From NCBI GenBank assembly GCA_964430735.1, contig CAYSFB010000003.1, positions 194,039 through 258,038 on the forward strand: 64,000 bases of DNA. The letters run 5' to 3'. The DNA is from an uncultured Planctomycetia bacterium (GTDB lineage Bacteria; Omnitrophota; Gorgyraeia; 2-02-FULL-51-18; JAGOUK01). Of the stretch, positions 1 through 9,863 are shown one piece after another. Positions within the stretch are counted from its first letter, which is position 1; every line of letters starts with the position of its first letter. The notes under the pieces are model-generated. The model was given only the letters and a program-made list of their open reading frames with translations. It made no database searches and was not told the DNA's origin. Made by a program: the position numbers and the translations under genes.

Positions 1-382
1 TTTCGCGCCGGCGGCGATCGCCCATCCGCTGTGGCTGGCGTACTTTGCGGTCGCGCTCACCGTGACTTTTTCGTGCCTGGGAATGATGGCGGCGCTATGG
101 GCCAACAATTTCGGGATGCTCAGCATCTGGAGCACCTACGTCGTGACGCCGCTGGTGTTTTTGGGAGGGGTGTTCACGCCGGTCGACATGCTGCCCGGCA
201 AAGTGCAGATCTTCGTGCAGTGGAATCCGCTCCATTACCTCGTGAGCGGGGTTCGGTACAGCATCACCGGAAACATCGAAGCCCATCCGTCCGGCTGCAT
301 CGTTTTTGCGGGACTTTTGGCCGTCGGCTCCTTCGCCCTGACGACCCATCTCTTCCGGATCGGATACAAGCTCCGGAGCTAG
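1..382 (+). CDS. ABC-2 type transporter permease, C-terminal fragment (5' end outside window)
   Basis: The ORF runs from the window edge. Its hydrophobic C-terminal TM segments resemble ABC-2 family permeases. Its TAG stop (380-382) overlaps the convergent gshA stop. Confidence 0.55.
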   Translation, partial: FAPAAIAHPLWLAYFAVALTVTFSCLGMMAALWANNFGMLSIWSTYVVTPLVFLGGVFTPVDMLPGKVQIFVQWNPLHYLVSGVRYSITGNIEAHPSGCIVFAGLLAVGSFALTTHLFRIGYKLRS

Positions 383-1749
383 AGCCGGACCAATTCCTCG
401 ACCAACCGCCCTTCGTTCCACGCGGCCAGCATCCCGTCCGCCAGCGTCGTCTGATCTTCCAGAATCATCTGTTCAAGACCCCGGTACCAGCGGTTTTCGG
501 ATTCGCTGGCACGGCCTTCGCCGGTCAAACGGCTCAATCCCTTGCGTCCCAACAGAACGGCCTCCCGGGCCCAGTCCATCATCGGACGCCCGGCCATCGT
601 CCCCTTGGTCCCGTTCTGGGCGGCTTCCGCCAGACCCGCACGTACTTCGTCGGCCGACAGGCGGCCGATCCAGGCGATCGCCTCGTCCAGCGTCTCCGGT
701 GAATACAAAAGCGCCTTGATCAGCGCTGCGACCGCGAAGCTCTGCGTGCCGGGGAGGCGGTCGCAGCAGCGGATTTCGATGTAGCTCTTGAGCCGGACTT
801 CCGGAAAGAGGAAGGTCAGGTGGCGGTGCCAGTCGTCGATGCGCGCCCGATGCCCCTCGTGGCCGCGCGTCATGAACTCGCGGAAGGTCAGGTCGCCCGT
901 CGGCAACGACTCCCCGTTCCGGTTGATGAAAAAAATCGGGACGTCGAGCGCGTAATCCACGTAGTCCGTGAATTTAAAATCGGGCTTGAAAAAGCAGTCC
1001 GGCAATCCGCAGCGGGCCGGATCGGTCTTGCTCCAGATATGCGAGCGGTAGCTCTTGAATCCGTTCGGCTGGTCCAGCGTGATCGGAGATGCGGCGCAGA
1101 TCGCGGTGAGAATCGGCGTCAGGCGGGCGGACACTCCCAACTTGCGCGCGGCATCGAGCTCGCCTCGGTAATCCACCGAGACCTGAAGGCTCGCGGTCAT
1201 CTTCATCATCCAGTGCGCCAGCTCACCCTTGGCCGCCAGGTAATCCTTCATGATCTGATAGCGGCGTTTCGCGACCCAGCCGACTTCGTCGAGGCGGGCG
1301 GAAGGGCGGACACCGGCGGCGCACCATTGAATACCCCAATCCGGAGTCACGGCCGCCAATTCCTTCAAGTGCTCCTGTTCGGCCGCGTACGCCGCGTCGA
1401 GCGTCACCGCCGGCGGTGTCGACAGCTCCAGTTGGCCGCCCGGCTCGACGCTGATCGCCTCACAGCGGCGGCGGAGCGCGATGATCGTTCCGCCCACGCC
1501 CGCCTCGCCGCCTTCGCGTTCGGCCTTCCAGCCGAACTGCTTCTCGAGCGCTTCCAGGATCGCCTGGATGCTGCGCTCGCCCTCGACGGGAAGCGGCCGC
1601 CCTTCGGCGTCGACCGCAAACTTTTCGAGCTCCAGACCCACGCGCTCGTATGCGAGCTTCTGGGGCGCGAACACCGACAGGAGGTCGGCGGGAATGAGCT
1701 TGGCGTCGGAATAAATCGAAAATGGGGCTGCGGGGGTTGTGCTTGTCAT
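379..1749 (-). CDS. gshA: glutamate--cysteine ligase (GCS2/plant-proteobacterial type gamma-glutamylcysteine synthetase)
   Basis: A 456-aa ORF whose length and overall pattern fit GCS2-family ligases. It lies divergent to glutathione synthetase. Confidence 0.75.
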   Translation of the reverse strand: MTSTTPAAPFSIYSDAKLIPADLLSVFAPQKLAYERVGLELEKFAVDAEGRPLPVEGERSIQAILEALEKQFGWKAEREGGEAGVGGTIIALRRRCEAISVEPGGQLELSTPPAVTLDAAYAAEQEHLKELAAVTPDWGIQWCAAGVRPSARLDEVGWVAKRRYQIMKDYLAAKGELAHWMMKMTASLQVSVDYRGELDAARKLGVSARLTPILTAICAASPITLDQPNGFKSYRSHIWSKTDPARCGLPDCFFKPDFKFTDYVDYALDVPIFFINRNGESLPTGDLTFREFMTRGHEGHRARIDDWHRHLTFLFPEVRLKSYIEIRCCDRLPGTQSFAVAALIKALLYSPETLDEAIAWIGRLSADEVRAGLAEAAQNGTKGTMAGRPMMDWAREAVLLGRKGLSRLTGEGRASESENRWYRGLEQMILEDQTTLADGMLAAWNEGRLVEELVRL

Positions 1750-1779
1750 CGTGTGGGGCTTTGTGTAACCTTAAGCTTC

Positions 1780-2733
1780 ATGAAGCGGTTGAAAATCGGA
1801 TTTTTAATCGATCCCGTCGCGACGATCCAGCCCGCGTATGACACCAGTTTTGCGCTGATGCGGGAATGTGTCCGGCGGGGCCATGCCGTCTTCTGCTGCG
1901 AACTGAAGGACCTGAGAGCCCATCATAACACGGTTGAAGCGCGTCTGACAAAAGGCGATCCCCGGCCCTCGGCCCTGCGCCTCACGGGACCCGCCCGCTG
2001 GACCGACCTCCGGAATTTGGACGCTTTTTTCATCCGCAAAGACCCGCCGTTCGACATGAGTTATGTCTCGGCGCTCTGCCTGCTCGCCTCGCTGCCGGCC
2101 GGACGCCCCTTCCTCATCAACGATCCGGTCGGCATCCTGCTGACCAACGAAAAATTGAGCGCGCTTGCTTTTTCGCCCTTCTGCCCTCCGGGCGCCGCCG
2201 GCTCCACGCCCGAGGCGTTTGCCGACTTCTTAAAAAAGCCGTCGCGGCTCGGCTGGGTGTTCAAACCGCTGTTTTACAAGGGCGGACGCGGCGTCACCTG
2301 GGTCCGGGCCGCCGAGCGGTCACAAGCGGCCGTCGTGATCCAAAAATTGACACGGAACGGAAAAGTGCCGGTCGTCTGCCAGCAGTTCGTCGAGCACGCC
2401 CGGACCGGCGACAAGCGGATCCTGATTCTGAACGGCCGCATCCTCGGAGCGATGAGCCGCATCGCCCGCAAAGGCGAATTCCGGGCCAATTTGTCGAAGG
2501 GGGCGGTCGCGGTCCGGGCCGAAGTCAGCCCGCGCGAGCGCGCGCTGGTGCGCCGGCTGGCGCCGTTTCTGAAGCGACGGGGACTCTATTTTACGGGGAT
2601 TGATGTGCTGTCGGGATTTTTGAGCGAGATCAACGTCACCAGCCCGTCCGGCGCGCCCGAGATCAACGCCTTCAACCGGACCTGCGTCGAGGCTGAGATT
2701 GTGGATTTTGTCGAGGCCCGGATCCGCCGCTAG
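1780..2733 (+). CDS. gshB: glutathione synthetase, ATP-grasp type
   Basis: The N-terminus MKRLKIGFLIDP...SFALM and a C-terminal ATP-grasp region match prokaryotic GshB. The start was trimmed from the 820..2733 ORF to the ATG at 1780 (MKRLKIGF). Confidence 0.85.
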   Translation: MKRLKIGFLIDPVATIQPAYDTSFALMRECVRRGHAVFCCELKDLRAHHNTVEARLTKGDPRPSALRLTGPARWTDLRNLDAFFIRKDPPFDMSYVSALCLLASLPAGRPFLINDPVGILLTNEKLSALAFSPFCPPGAAGSTPEAFADFLKKPSRLGWVFKPLFYKGGRGVTWVRAAERSQAAVVIQKLTRNGKVPVVCQQFVEHARTGDKRILILNGRILGAMSRIARKGEFRANLSKGAVAVRAEVSPRERALVRRLAPFLKRRGLYFTGIDVLSGFLSEINVTSPSGAPEINAFNRTCVEAEIVDFVEARIRR

Positions 2734-3617
2734 ATTCCGCTGAGCCGTCCGCCCTGGTCCACCGCCAGCATGATCACCAGCGCGCAGAGATACACCACGG
2801 ACACCAGGATCACTCCCCTGGCCTTCACGCGGCTGGGCTCATTGACGAAGTCCAATCCCATCCAAAGAAAAACCACGCCGATCACCAGGGCGACGACGAG
2901 ATAAGCGCTTCCGGCCATTCCGATCCAGGCCGGCGCCACCACGGCCGCCAGAAGCAGTGTCCCGCATAAGGCCATCGGCAATTGGGCGCGATGCCCCGTC
3001 GGATCCTGCACGCTGATCATCTTGAAGCCGCCCGCCCGGTAGTCGTCCTCGTAAATCCACGCGATCGCGATGAAGTGCGGAATCTGCCACAGGAACAGAA
3101 TCAAAAATAAAACGAGCGCCTCCAGGCCCAGCGAGCCGCGGGCCACGCCGTATCCCAGAATCGGGGGCAGCGCGCCGCTCACGGCGCCGACATACAACGC
3201 CCACGGCGTCACGCGCTTCAAAGGCGTGTAAGCCAGCACGTAGCTCGCCAGCAACACTCCCGACAAAATGCCGGCCAGCAGTCCAAAAACGCTCCACAGA
3301 TAGATCCAGCCGCCGAACGAACACAGCGCCGCAAAAGCCGCTCCTTCCGCCGGATGCATCCGCCCGGACGCCATCGGGCGGTTCTGAGTCCGCTTCATTT
3401 TGCGGTCGGCGTCCCGCTCCATCCACTGGTTCCACGCGTTCGCTCCCGCCCCGGCCAGCAGCGCTCCGACGCACAGGTGCAGCACGTCCGAAAACGCCGG
3501 ATAATGCGTGAGGCCGATCTGATAACCGGCCATCACCGTGATGAGCGCCATGATCGTCGGGCGCGGTTTGATCAACATCCAGTAATCCCGCAAACGGCGG
3601 GTCAGTGCCTGCAGCAT
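2730..3617 (-). CDS. ctaB: protoheme IX farnesyltransferase (heme O synthase)
   Basis: A polytopic membrane protein of the UbiA family with the CyoE/CtaB pattern (MLQALTRRLRDYWMLIKPR start). The start was trimmed to the ATG at 3617, immediately after the ctaA stop. Confidence 0.85.
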   Translation of the reverse strand: MLQALTRRLRDYWMLIKPRPTIMALITVMAGYQIGLTHYPAFSDVLHLCVGALLAGAGANAWNQWMERDADRKMKRTQNRPMASGRMHPAEGAAFAALCSFGGWIYLWSVFGLLAGILSGVLLASYVLAYTPLKRVTPWALYVGAVSGALPPILGYGVARGSLGLEALVLFLILFLWQIPHFIAIAWIYEDDYRAGGFKMISVQDPTGHRAQLPMALCGTLLLAAVVAPAWIGMAGSAYLVVALVIGVVFLWMGLDFVNEPSRVKARGVILVSVVYLCALVIMLAVDQGGRLSGI

Positions 3618-3619
3618 AC

Positions 3620-4489
3620 TCACGCCCTCTTCCGCTCGGCGCCGGGAGCCCGGGAGGCGGAGGCCAGCGCCATCACCATCGAAAACGCCAGAATCAACGC
3701 GCCGACGGTTTGGTGGGCGGCGGTGATCAGGATCCGCTCCATCGGACGGGACTCCGCCGCGGGGCGCAGCACCGTCCAGACGAACGATCCGTATCCGAGC
3801 GCAATCTGGACGAAAAGAAGCAAGAGCGCGATCGTCGACGCCAGCCGGATCCTGCGGTCGTCCGGATACGCCGCGCGGCTGAGCAGCGCAAGCGCCGCCA
3901 CGCAAGCGGTCACCGCAAAGGCTCCGCCGATATGCTCCACGATTGCCCGGCCGCCGCTGTGGCGCACGTAGGCGCCCAGAAAAAGCTGGATCAGCAGAAC
4001 GCCCAACGCGATGCGCCCAAGATTCTTCTGCAGGCGCGCGGCCGCCGTTTGAGACGCTGCGGCGGAAACGGGGGCGGCCTCGGCGCTCAGCCACCACATG
4101 GCCACGGTCAGCGCGAAAAACGACTGTCCCAGACAGGCATGGAACACCGAAACCGGCAGCGGCAACAGCAATAAAACGGTCAGGCCGCCCAACAACGCCT
4201 GCAGCAGAACCAGCGGGACGCCGATCCAGGCCAGAACGGCGATCGCCCGTGCGACGCCGCGCGCCAGCCAGGCCAGCGCCAGCGTCAGCAGCAGAACGAC
4301 GCCGGCGATCACGCGGTGCGTATGCTCGAACTCCACTCCGTTTTCCATCGGCGGAAACATCATACCGAACGAGAGCGGCCAATCCGGAACGGAAAGACCC
4401 GAACCGGTGCTGGTCACGAGTCCGCCGGCCGCCACGAGGACGAAGGTAAAAATCATCAGGATCAGGGCCATGAGATTAAAACGTTTCAT
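3620..4489 (-). CDS. ctaA: heme A synthase (COX15/CtaA family)
   Basis: A 289-aa polytopic membrane protein with conserved His residues in TM helices. It lies directly upstream of ctaB. Confidence 0.7.
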   Translation of the reverse strand: MKRFNLMALILMIFTFVLVAAGGLVTSTGSGLSVPDWPLSFGMMFPPMENGVEFEHTHRVIAGVVLLLTLALAWLARGVARAIAVLAWIGVPLVLLQALLGGLTVLLLLPLPVSVFHACLGQSFFALTVAMWWLSAEAAPVSAAASQTAAARLQKNLGRIALGVLLIQLFLGAYVRHSGGRAIVEHIGGAFAVTACVAALALLSRAAYPDDRRIRLASTIALLLLFVQIALGYGSFVWTVLRPAAESRPMERILITAAHQTVGALILAFSMVMALASASRAPGAERKRA

Positions 4490-5775
4490 CGTTTTCTCCC
4501 TTGTTCATTTGTCGAAAAAGATTGTTTGGTCCGCGGGCGGCAGATCCGGACACCGACCGCGATCACTTGCAACGAAAGGATGCCGGTCAAAACGAACGGC
4601 AGAGCGGGACCGCGGTCAAAAAGCCACCCGCCCCACGCGGGACCGGTCGCACGGCCGAGACCGGCCATGCCCTGAGCCCGGCCGAGCGCCTCTCCGGTCG
4701 CGCCCGGATCGGCTTCTTTAGAAACCAAGCTCGACAGCGTCGGACCGCAGAGACTCGCGCCCAGCGTCATCAACGCCATCATCCAGGCGAATAACGAAAA
4801 ATTCGCCATCCACGGCATCAGCAAAAGTGACGCCGATAGACAAACCGCCCCGGAAACGAACAAGGCGCCTTCCGAAAAACGTTTGAGGAGCGGCCGGATC
4901 GCGCCGCCCTGCACCAGCACGGCCACCGCCCCCATCAGAATATACAACACGCTGATGTGGCGGACGGACAAATGATAATGCATCTGGCAGAACAGCGGAA
5001 ATGCGCCGTACAAACTCGACTGGGCGAAGGCCAGCATCCAGGATGCGGACCAAAGCATCGGGAGCCGCGATCCGCGGGCGGCTCCGCCGAACATCTCCCG
5101 CCAGAATTCCGCCTGCCACAGGGTCGCGGCACCCGATCTCGGCGATTCGGCGGCCGTCCCGGCGGCACCCGACGGACGGTGGCTTTCCGGCAGGTAAAAA
5201 CAGACGAACAAAAAGCTCGCGGCACTCATCGCGGCAGCGAAAAATCCCGGGAGCAGATAAGGCCGTTCCGTAGCGGCGGCTCCCCAAAACGGCTGCAGCA
5301 GTATCGCGGCGATTGCGGGGCCGGCCGCAAATCCGATGCCAAAAGCAGCTCCGATCAAACCCATCCCCTTCGCACGATCTTCCGGCGCGGTGACGTCGGC
5401 CACATAGGCCTGGGCCGCGGCGATATTGCCGCCCATGAGCCCGGCGGCCAGCCGCGAAACGAACAAAAGCCAGTACGTGTGCGAAAAAGCGAAGACCAGA
5501 TACGCCGCGGACGCGCCCAGCGTCGACAACAGCATCACCGGCCGGCGCCCCACCCGGTCCGACCAGCGACCCCACAGCGGCGAAGCAATCATCTGGGCGA
5601 TTGAGTAAATGCTGAACAAAAATCCGGTCTGAAACGCGTTCGCACCCAGGTCCTTCGCATAAAACGGGAGCAGCGGCAGCACGATGCCGAAGCCGATGAG
5701 ATCGACGAGAACGACCAGAATCACCGGCATCAGTCGGGCCGTTCCCCGGGCCGAAGCCCCGCGTGCGTCAGTCAT
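4486..5775 (-). CDS. MFS transporter
   Basis: It has 12 predicted TM segments and MFS signatures (GRWSDRVGRRP). The start ATG at 5775 sits 3 nt after the helicase stop, and its own stop overlaps the ctaA start. Confidence 0.75.
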   Translation of the reverse strand: MTDARGASARGTARLMPVILVVLVDLIGFGIVLPLLPFYAKDLGANAFQTGFLFSIYSIAQMIASPLWGRWSDRVGRRPVMLLSTLGASAAYLVFAFSHTYWLLFVSRLAAGLMGGNIAAAQAYVADVTAPEDRAKGMGLIGAAFGIGFAAGPAIAAILLQPFWGAAATERPYLLPGFFAAAMSAASFLFVCFYLPESHRPSGAAGTAAESPRSGAATLWQAEFWREMFGGAARGSRLPMLWSASWMLAFAQSSLYGAFPLFCQMHYHLSVRHISVLYILMGAVAVLVQGGAIRPLLKRFSEGALFVSGAVCLSASLLLMPWMANFSLFAWMMALMTLGASLCGPTLSSLVSKEADPGATGEALGRAQGMAGLGRATGPAWGGWLFDRGPALPFVLTGILSLQVIAVGVRICRPRTKQSFSTNEQGRKR

Positions 5776-7843
5776 CGAGCGAAATGATATCGTCACCGTC
5801 GTCACTGCGCGATTCATCCGCCCACCGGGGCTTTTCTTCCTCGACGGCCTCGACGCTCTCGTACAGATGTGACGGCAGCTCCTCAATGAACGGCGACGGG
5901 CGGGCGATCACGAGGCCCGCCTCCCGGTCGTAGCGCGTCATCGGGTGAATCAGATAAAGCTCGTCCTGCGCGCGCGTAACCGCCACGTAGAACAGGCGCC
6001 GCTCCTCTTCGAGCGCGCGCTCCTCGGCCTTGGACTGGTGGTGCGGAAACTGTCCGTCGGCCAGCCCCAATACGAAAACGGCCTTCCATTCCAGCCCTTT
6101 CGCCTGATGGATCGTCGACAATACCAGCTGGTCGTCCGGCTCGGCCTTGGCGGCGGCCTCGGCGCCGAAGCTTTCGCCCCGGAAGTTCTCGCGCAGGGCC
6201 AGATCGCTCAAAAAAGCGGACAGCGACTTGTACGTATGGGCAAAATTCACGAGCTCCCGCAAATCCTCGATCCGGTCGCGCGCGTTGTCGAAGCGGACCA
6301 GAACTTCCTTGGAATATCCGGCGTCCAGAATCTTCTGGATGAGGAGGTCCGGATGCGCCGCGTCCTTAGGATCGCCGATCTTTTTCATCAGGCTTTTGAA
6401 GGATTCGACTCCGGCGCGGGCGCGCTTGTTTGCCTTGAGGCCGAAGCCGTCCGAGACGAGACGCGCCTGCTCCCCTTGAGCGTTCAGGTTGGCCAGGTAT
6501 TCCTCGTGCAGCTTCTCTGCGATTCCGGGTCCGATCCCGGGATACATCGTCAGCGCGCGTGTCCAGGAGACCGAATCCTTCGGGTTCTCAAGGACCTTGA
6601 GATACGAGAGAACATCCTTGATATGCGCCTGCTCGAAGAAACGCACGCCGCCGCGCAGCACGTAAGGGATCTGCCGGCGGGAGAGCTCCATTTCGAGCTC
6701 CGCGGCCTGATAGCGCGCGCGGAACAGCACGGCGATCTCGTCGAGCCCGACCCCTTCTTCGGTGAGCTCGAGGATCTTCTGAGCGATGAAGGTCGACTGG
6801 TCCTTGAGGTCGCGGACCTTGATCAACTCCGGCAGTTTGGAGGAGTCGCGGACGCTGGCGAGTTCCTTGACGAACTGGCGCAGGTTGTTGCGGATCGATC
6901 CGTTCGCGAGCGACAGAATCTCGGGAGTCGAACGGTAATTGGTGAGAAGCTTGAAGATCCGGACGTTTTCGTGGCGCTTCGGAAACCCGAGGATGTTCTG
7001 CACCTCCGCGCCGCGAAAGGAATAAATCGACTGGGCGTCGTCGCCGACCACCAGCAGGTTGCCGTGTCGCTTCGACAAAAGCTCGACCACCGTGTTCTGG
7101 AGCGGGTTGATGTCCTGGTACTCGTCGACGAGGCAGTACTTGAACTGGTCCGAAAGCCGGTCCCCCGTCTCCGGATGCTCCTTCATGAGCCGGATCCAGG
7201 TGAGGATCAGATCGTCGAAGTCGAGACTGTTGGATTCCCGCTTGCGCCGTTCGTATTCCGAGGCGATCGCGCGGAAGCCGTCTTCGAGATGGGAAAAGTA
7301 CGGATAACGCTCCTCCAGAACCTGGCGCAGCGTCTTCTGGGTGTTCGCGGCATAGGACAATGCGCCGTGCACGACGCCGGCCTGAGGAAATCGCAGATCG
7401 GTCGGCTTGAACGGAAGGCTGGCGTAGCAGGACTTGAGCAGGGTCCGTGAATCTTCCTCGTCGAGGATGCCGAATCCGTTCGGCAGGCCGAGGACGGCGG
7501 CATTCTGACGGAGGATGCGGTGGCCGATGTGGTGGAAAGTTCCGCACCACAGCCCCTGCAGCGAGCCGCCCAGATGACGTTCCATGCGGTGGCGCATTTC
7601 GGCGGCGGCTTTATTGGTAAAGGTGACGAGCAGGATGCGATCGGGAGAGACGCCGCTTTCGAGCAGATAGAGCACGCGGTAGATGAGCGTGCGGGTCTTG
7701 CCGCTGCCCGCTCCGGCCAGCACAAGACTTTTGCCGTCCGCTCCGCGGACGACGTCCAGCTGTTCGCGGTTCAGCTCGGCTTCATAATGGATCTTGAGCT
7801 CCCGGGACGCCGAGACGCCCTGGAGCACATACTTGCGGGTCAT
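5768..7843 (-). CDS. UvrD/PcrA/Rep-family ATP-dependent DNA helicase
   Basis: It carries Walker A (GAGSGKT) and the full SF1 helicase motif set over 692 aa. The start was trimmed to the ATG at 7843 (MTRKYVLQG), overlapping the upstream gene's stop. Confidence 0.85.
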   Translation of the reverse strand: MTRKYVLQGVSASRELKIHYEAELNREQLDVVRGADGKSLVLAGAGSGKTRTLIYRVLYLLESGVSPDRILLVTFTNKAAAEMRHRMERHLGGSLQGLWCGTFHHIGHRILRQNAAVLGLPNGFGILDEEDSRTLLKSCYASLPFKPTDLRFPQAGVVHGALSYAANTQKTLRQVLEERYPYFSHLEDGFRAIASEYERRKRESNSLDFDDLILTWIRLMKEHPETGDRLSDQFKYCLVDEYQDINPLQNTVVELLSKRHGNLLVVGDDAQSIYSFRGAEVQNILGFPKRHENVRIFKLLTNYRSTPEILSLANGSIRNNLRQFVKELASVRDSSKLPELIKVRDLKDQSTFIAQKILELTEEGVGLDEIAVLFRARYQAAELEMELSRRQIPYVLRGGVRFFEQAHIKDVLSYLKVLENPKDSVSWTRALTMYPGIGPGIAEKLHEEYLANLNAQGEQARLVSDGFGLKANKRARAGVESFKSLMKKIGDPKDAAHPDLLIQKILDAGYSKEVLVRFDNARDRIEDLRELVNFAHTYKSLSAFLSDLALRENFRGESFGAEAAAKAEPDDQLVLSTIHQAKGLEWKAVFVLGLADGQFPHHQSKAEERALEEERRLFYVAVTRAQDELYLIHPMTRYDREAGLVIARPSPFIEELPSHLYESVEAVEEEKPRWADESRSDDGDDIISLDD

Positions 7844-9483
7844 GCCGCGGCGGCGGGACCGGAGAGAGAAAATCCGCTCAGCGTGTCGCTCAGACGCCGC
7901 GCGATCTTCTGGGCCATCTCGATCTCGGAAGCTTCGAAGGTCTTGTGGTACGTCAGCGTCGAAAGATTCAGGACGCCGATCGGTGTCGAGTGACGCCACA
8001 GCGGAATGCAGGCGATGGACTTGACGGACATTCCGGAGCGCTCGTCCTCCTTCATCCGCGACACACAGATCGTTTTGAGGTCCTTGAGCGACATTCCGGC
8101 GAGTCCTTCGCCCATCGCGAACGTGCGCCCCGAAAATGGATAGACCCGGTAACCCTTGGCGGCGAAGGTGCGCAGACGTTTTTCTCTCGGGTCCAAGATC
8201 ATGAGCGAGGCGCGCTCGACGCCGGTGAGGTCCAGGAACACGTTGAGGTAGCGGTCCAGGGACTCCTCCCACTGCGTCGTGCGGTCCGGCGATAGTTCTT
8301 TTTCGATCGCCGCGACGAGCTTGGCGTGCTTTTGATTGCGCAAAAAATTCTGAAGACCGAACACGGTTGCGCTCAGGGATTTGACGAGGCGCTCGGCCAG
8401 CTTGACGCGCTCGGACGTGAGATGCGCCCCGGCCGCCGAGGCCATCCAGACGAACCCGATCGACTCTTCGTGGAAAGCGAGCGGGAAAAACACGTATTCC
8501 CCCGCCTGCGGAAGGCGCGACGCGGCAAAAATCGACTCGAGCGCCTCGCGATTGTCGCGGCGGACGACCTTTTTAAAGGGCTGCTCAAAAAGACTTTCGC
8601 GATGGTCTGGCAGCAGAATCGAAAGCCGGCACTCGCTCACGAGCTCAGCGCGGACGGCCGAGCGGTCCTTGCGCGGCGCGTAGAGCCGGAGCTTGGTCTT
8701 GCGCTCGTCCAAAAGGCCGCAAAAAACTTCGCATTCCGGATGCAGCCCCTTGAGCGCCGACTTGAAAAAGATCCCCAGCGCCGTCGCGATATCCCGCGCA
8801 TGCTCGAGGCGGCGGGCCAACTCGTACACTTCGCGATATCCGGTTCCGGTGTCGCTGAGCTTGCGGTTGATCCGGGAAACGGCCTGATCGAGCTCCGTGA
8901 AACGCTGTGAGCTCACCGAAAAGAGGTCCTTTTCGAGCCCTTCGATCTGACGGCGCATGGCGTCGTTTTCTTTGCGCGCTTCGGCGGATTTGAGCTCCCA
9001 CTGCCGCTGGACGTCACGGAAATACGCCATCGCCATGACGGAGCTGCCGAACTGCGCCAGCTCGTCAAACGCCAGCACCATTTCCGCCGGAAGCGGCGCG
9101 CCGTCAAAGTCCGACAAACACCGCACACAGGCTTCGCGGAACAGATGGACGCACAAGAGCACTTCTTCAAAAGGGGTCGAGAGCTCGAAAAAAACACGCG
9201 CCGATTTCTGAAGCTCCTCGGCGAAGCGGTCCATATCCCGCTCCTGCAGACACTCGAGGTAGCGGCGGGCCAGCGGATCCAGGACGCGGCGGACACGGGA
9301 TTGCGTCAGGTACGGGCGGTCCTGAAAATGATCGAGATAGCGGCGGATCCAGGAATCCGCGACACGGTCCGGATCGCTGCCGAGCCGTCCGATCGCCCGC
9401 TCGAAATCCTCGCGAGCGACAAAACTCCCGATCCGGGAGTGGAGCGCGAGGACCTGATTCGAGACGTCGGCAATTTTCATCAT
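7840..9483 (-). CDS. GAF domain-containing protein with N-terminal sensor-like region and coiled coil (no output domain)
   Basis: A 547-aa protein with two GAF-like regions in its C-terminal half. It is translationally coupled to the helicase by an ATGA overlap. Confidence 0.55.
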   Translation of the reverse strand: MMKIADVSNQVLALHSRIGSFVAREDFERAIGRLGSDPDRVADSWIRRYLDHFQDRPYLTQSRVRRVLDPLARRYLECLQERDMDRFAEELQKSARVFFELSTPFEEVLLCVHLFREACVRCLSDFDGAPLPAEMVLAFDELAQFGSSVMAMAYFRDVQRQWELKSAEARKENDAMRRQIEGLEKDLFSVSSQRFTELDQAVSRINRKLSDTGTGYREVYELARRLEHARDIATALGIFFKSALKGLHPECEVFCGLLDERKTKLRLYAPRKDRSAVRAELVSECRLSILLPDHRESLFEQPFKKVVRRDNREALESIFAASRLPQAGEYVFFPLAFHEESIGFVWMASAAGAHLTSERVKLAERLVKSLSATVFGLQNFLRNQKHAKLVAAIEKELSPDRTTQWEESLDRYLNVFLDLTGVERASLMILDPREKRLRTFAAKGYRVYPFSGRTFAMGEGLAGMSLKDLKTICVSRMKEDERSGMSVKSIACIPLWRHSTPIGVLNLSTLTYHKTFEASEIEMAQKIARRLSDTLSGFSLSGPAAAA

Positions 9484-9863
9484 GATTCGGAAGGAGGTGC
9501 GGCTGGCGCTTCGGTCTTGGGCTTTGGAGGATCGAGCACGAATTCGGGCTCGATAATGGGCTTGTTGTTCTGGGTCAAAGCGAACGGAAACGTGACGATC
9601 TCAAATAGACCGACGGCGGTCCTTTGGACGGCGCGGCCGGTGCCGTGCACCAATCCCCAAGTCGCGGCGGCGCCGATTCCGTGCTGATGACCGATCTCCT
9701 GAACTCCGTTGGGAATTTCGAGCCAGCCCAAGCCTGTATTGGCTGCGCCGCGGCGCAGCCGCTTGCCCATCAGGTCCAGAGCGGGCTCCTGCTTTGGCTC
9801 GTCGGCCTGTGCGACCGCCGGAAGCATGAGCAGCACAATGAGAAAAAAAGCCGCCTTCTTCAT
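9480..9863 (-). CDS. small secreted protein (signal peptide), hypothetical
   Basis: It has an N-terminal signal peptide (MKKAAFFLIVLLMLPAVAQA). There is a 4-nt overlap with the downstream gene. Confidence 0.45.
   Translation of the reverse strand: MKKAAFFLIVLLMLPAVAQADEPKQEPALDLMGKRLRRGAANTGLGWLEIPNGVQEIGHQHGIGAAATWGLVHGTGRAVQRTAVGLFEIVTFPFALTQNNKPIIEPEFVLDPPKPKTEAPAAPPSES

Noticed and set aside
820-2733. 637-aa ORF as a single gene
   Set aside because: The upstream 320 codons are antisense to gshA. gshB begins at the ATG at 1780.
2730-4382. 550-aa ORF as a single gene
   Set aside because: The N-terminal 255 codons are an R/G-rich out-of-frame read-through of the ctaA region. The true ctaB starts at the ATG at 3617 (MLQALTRRL), right after the ctaA stop.
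5945-7450. 501-aa plus-strand ORF
   Set aside because: It is antisense to the UvrD-family helicase.
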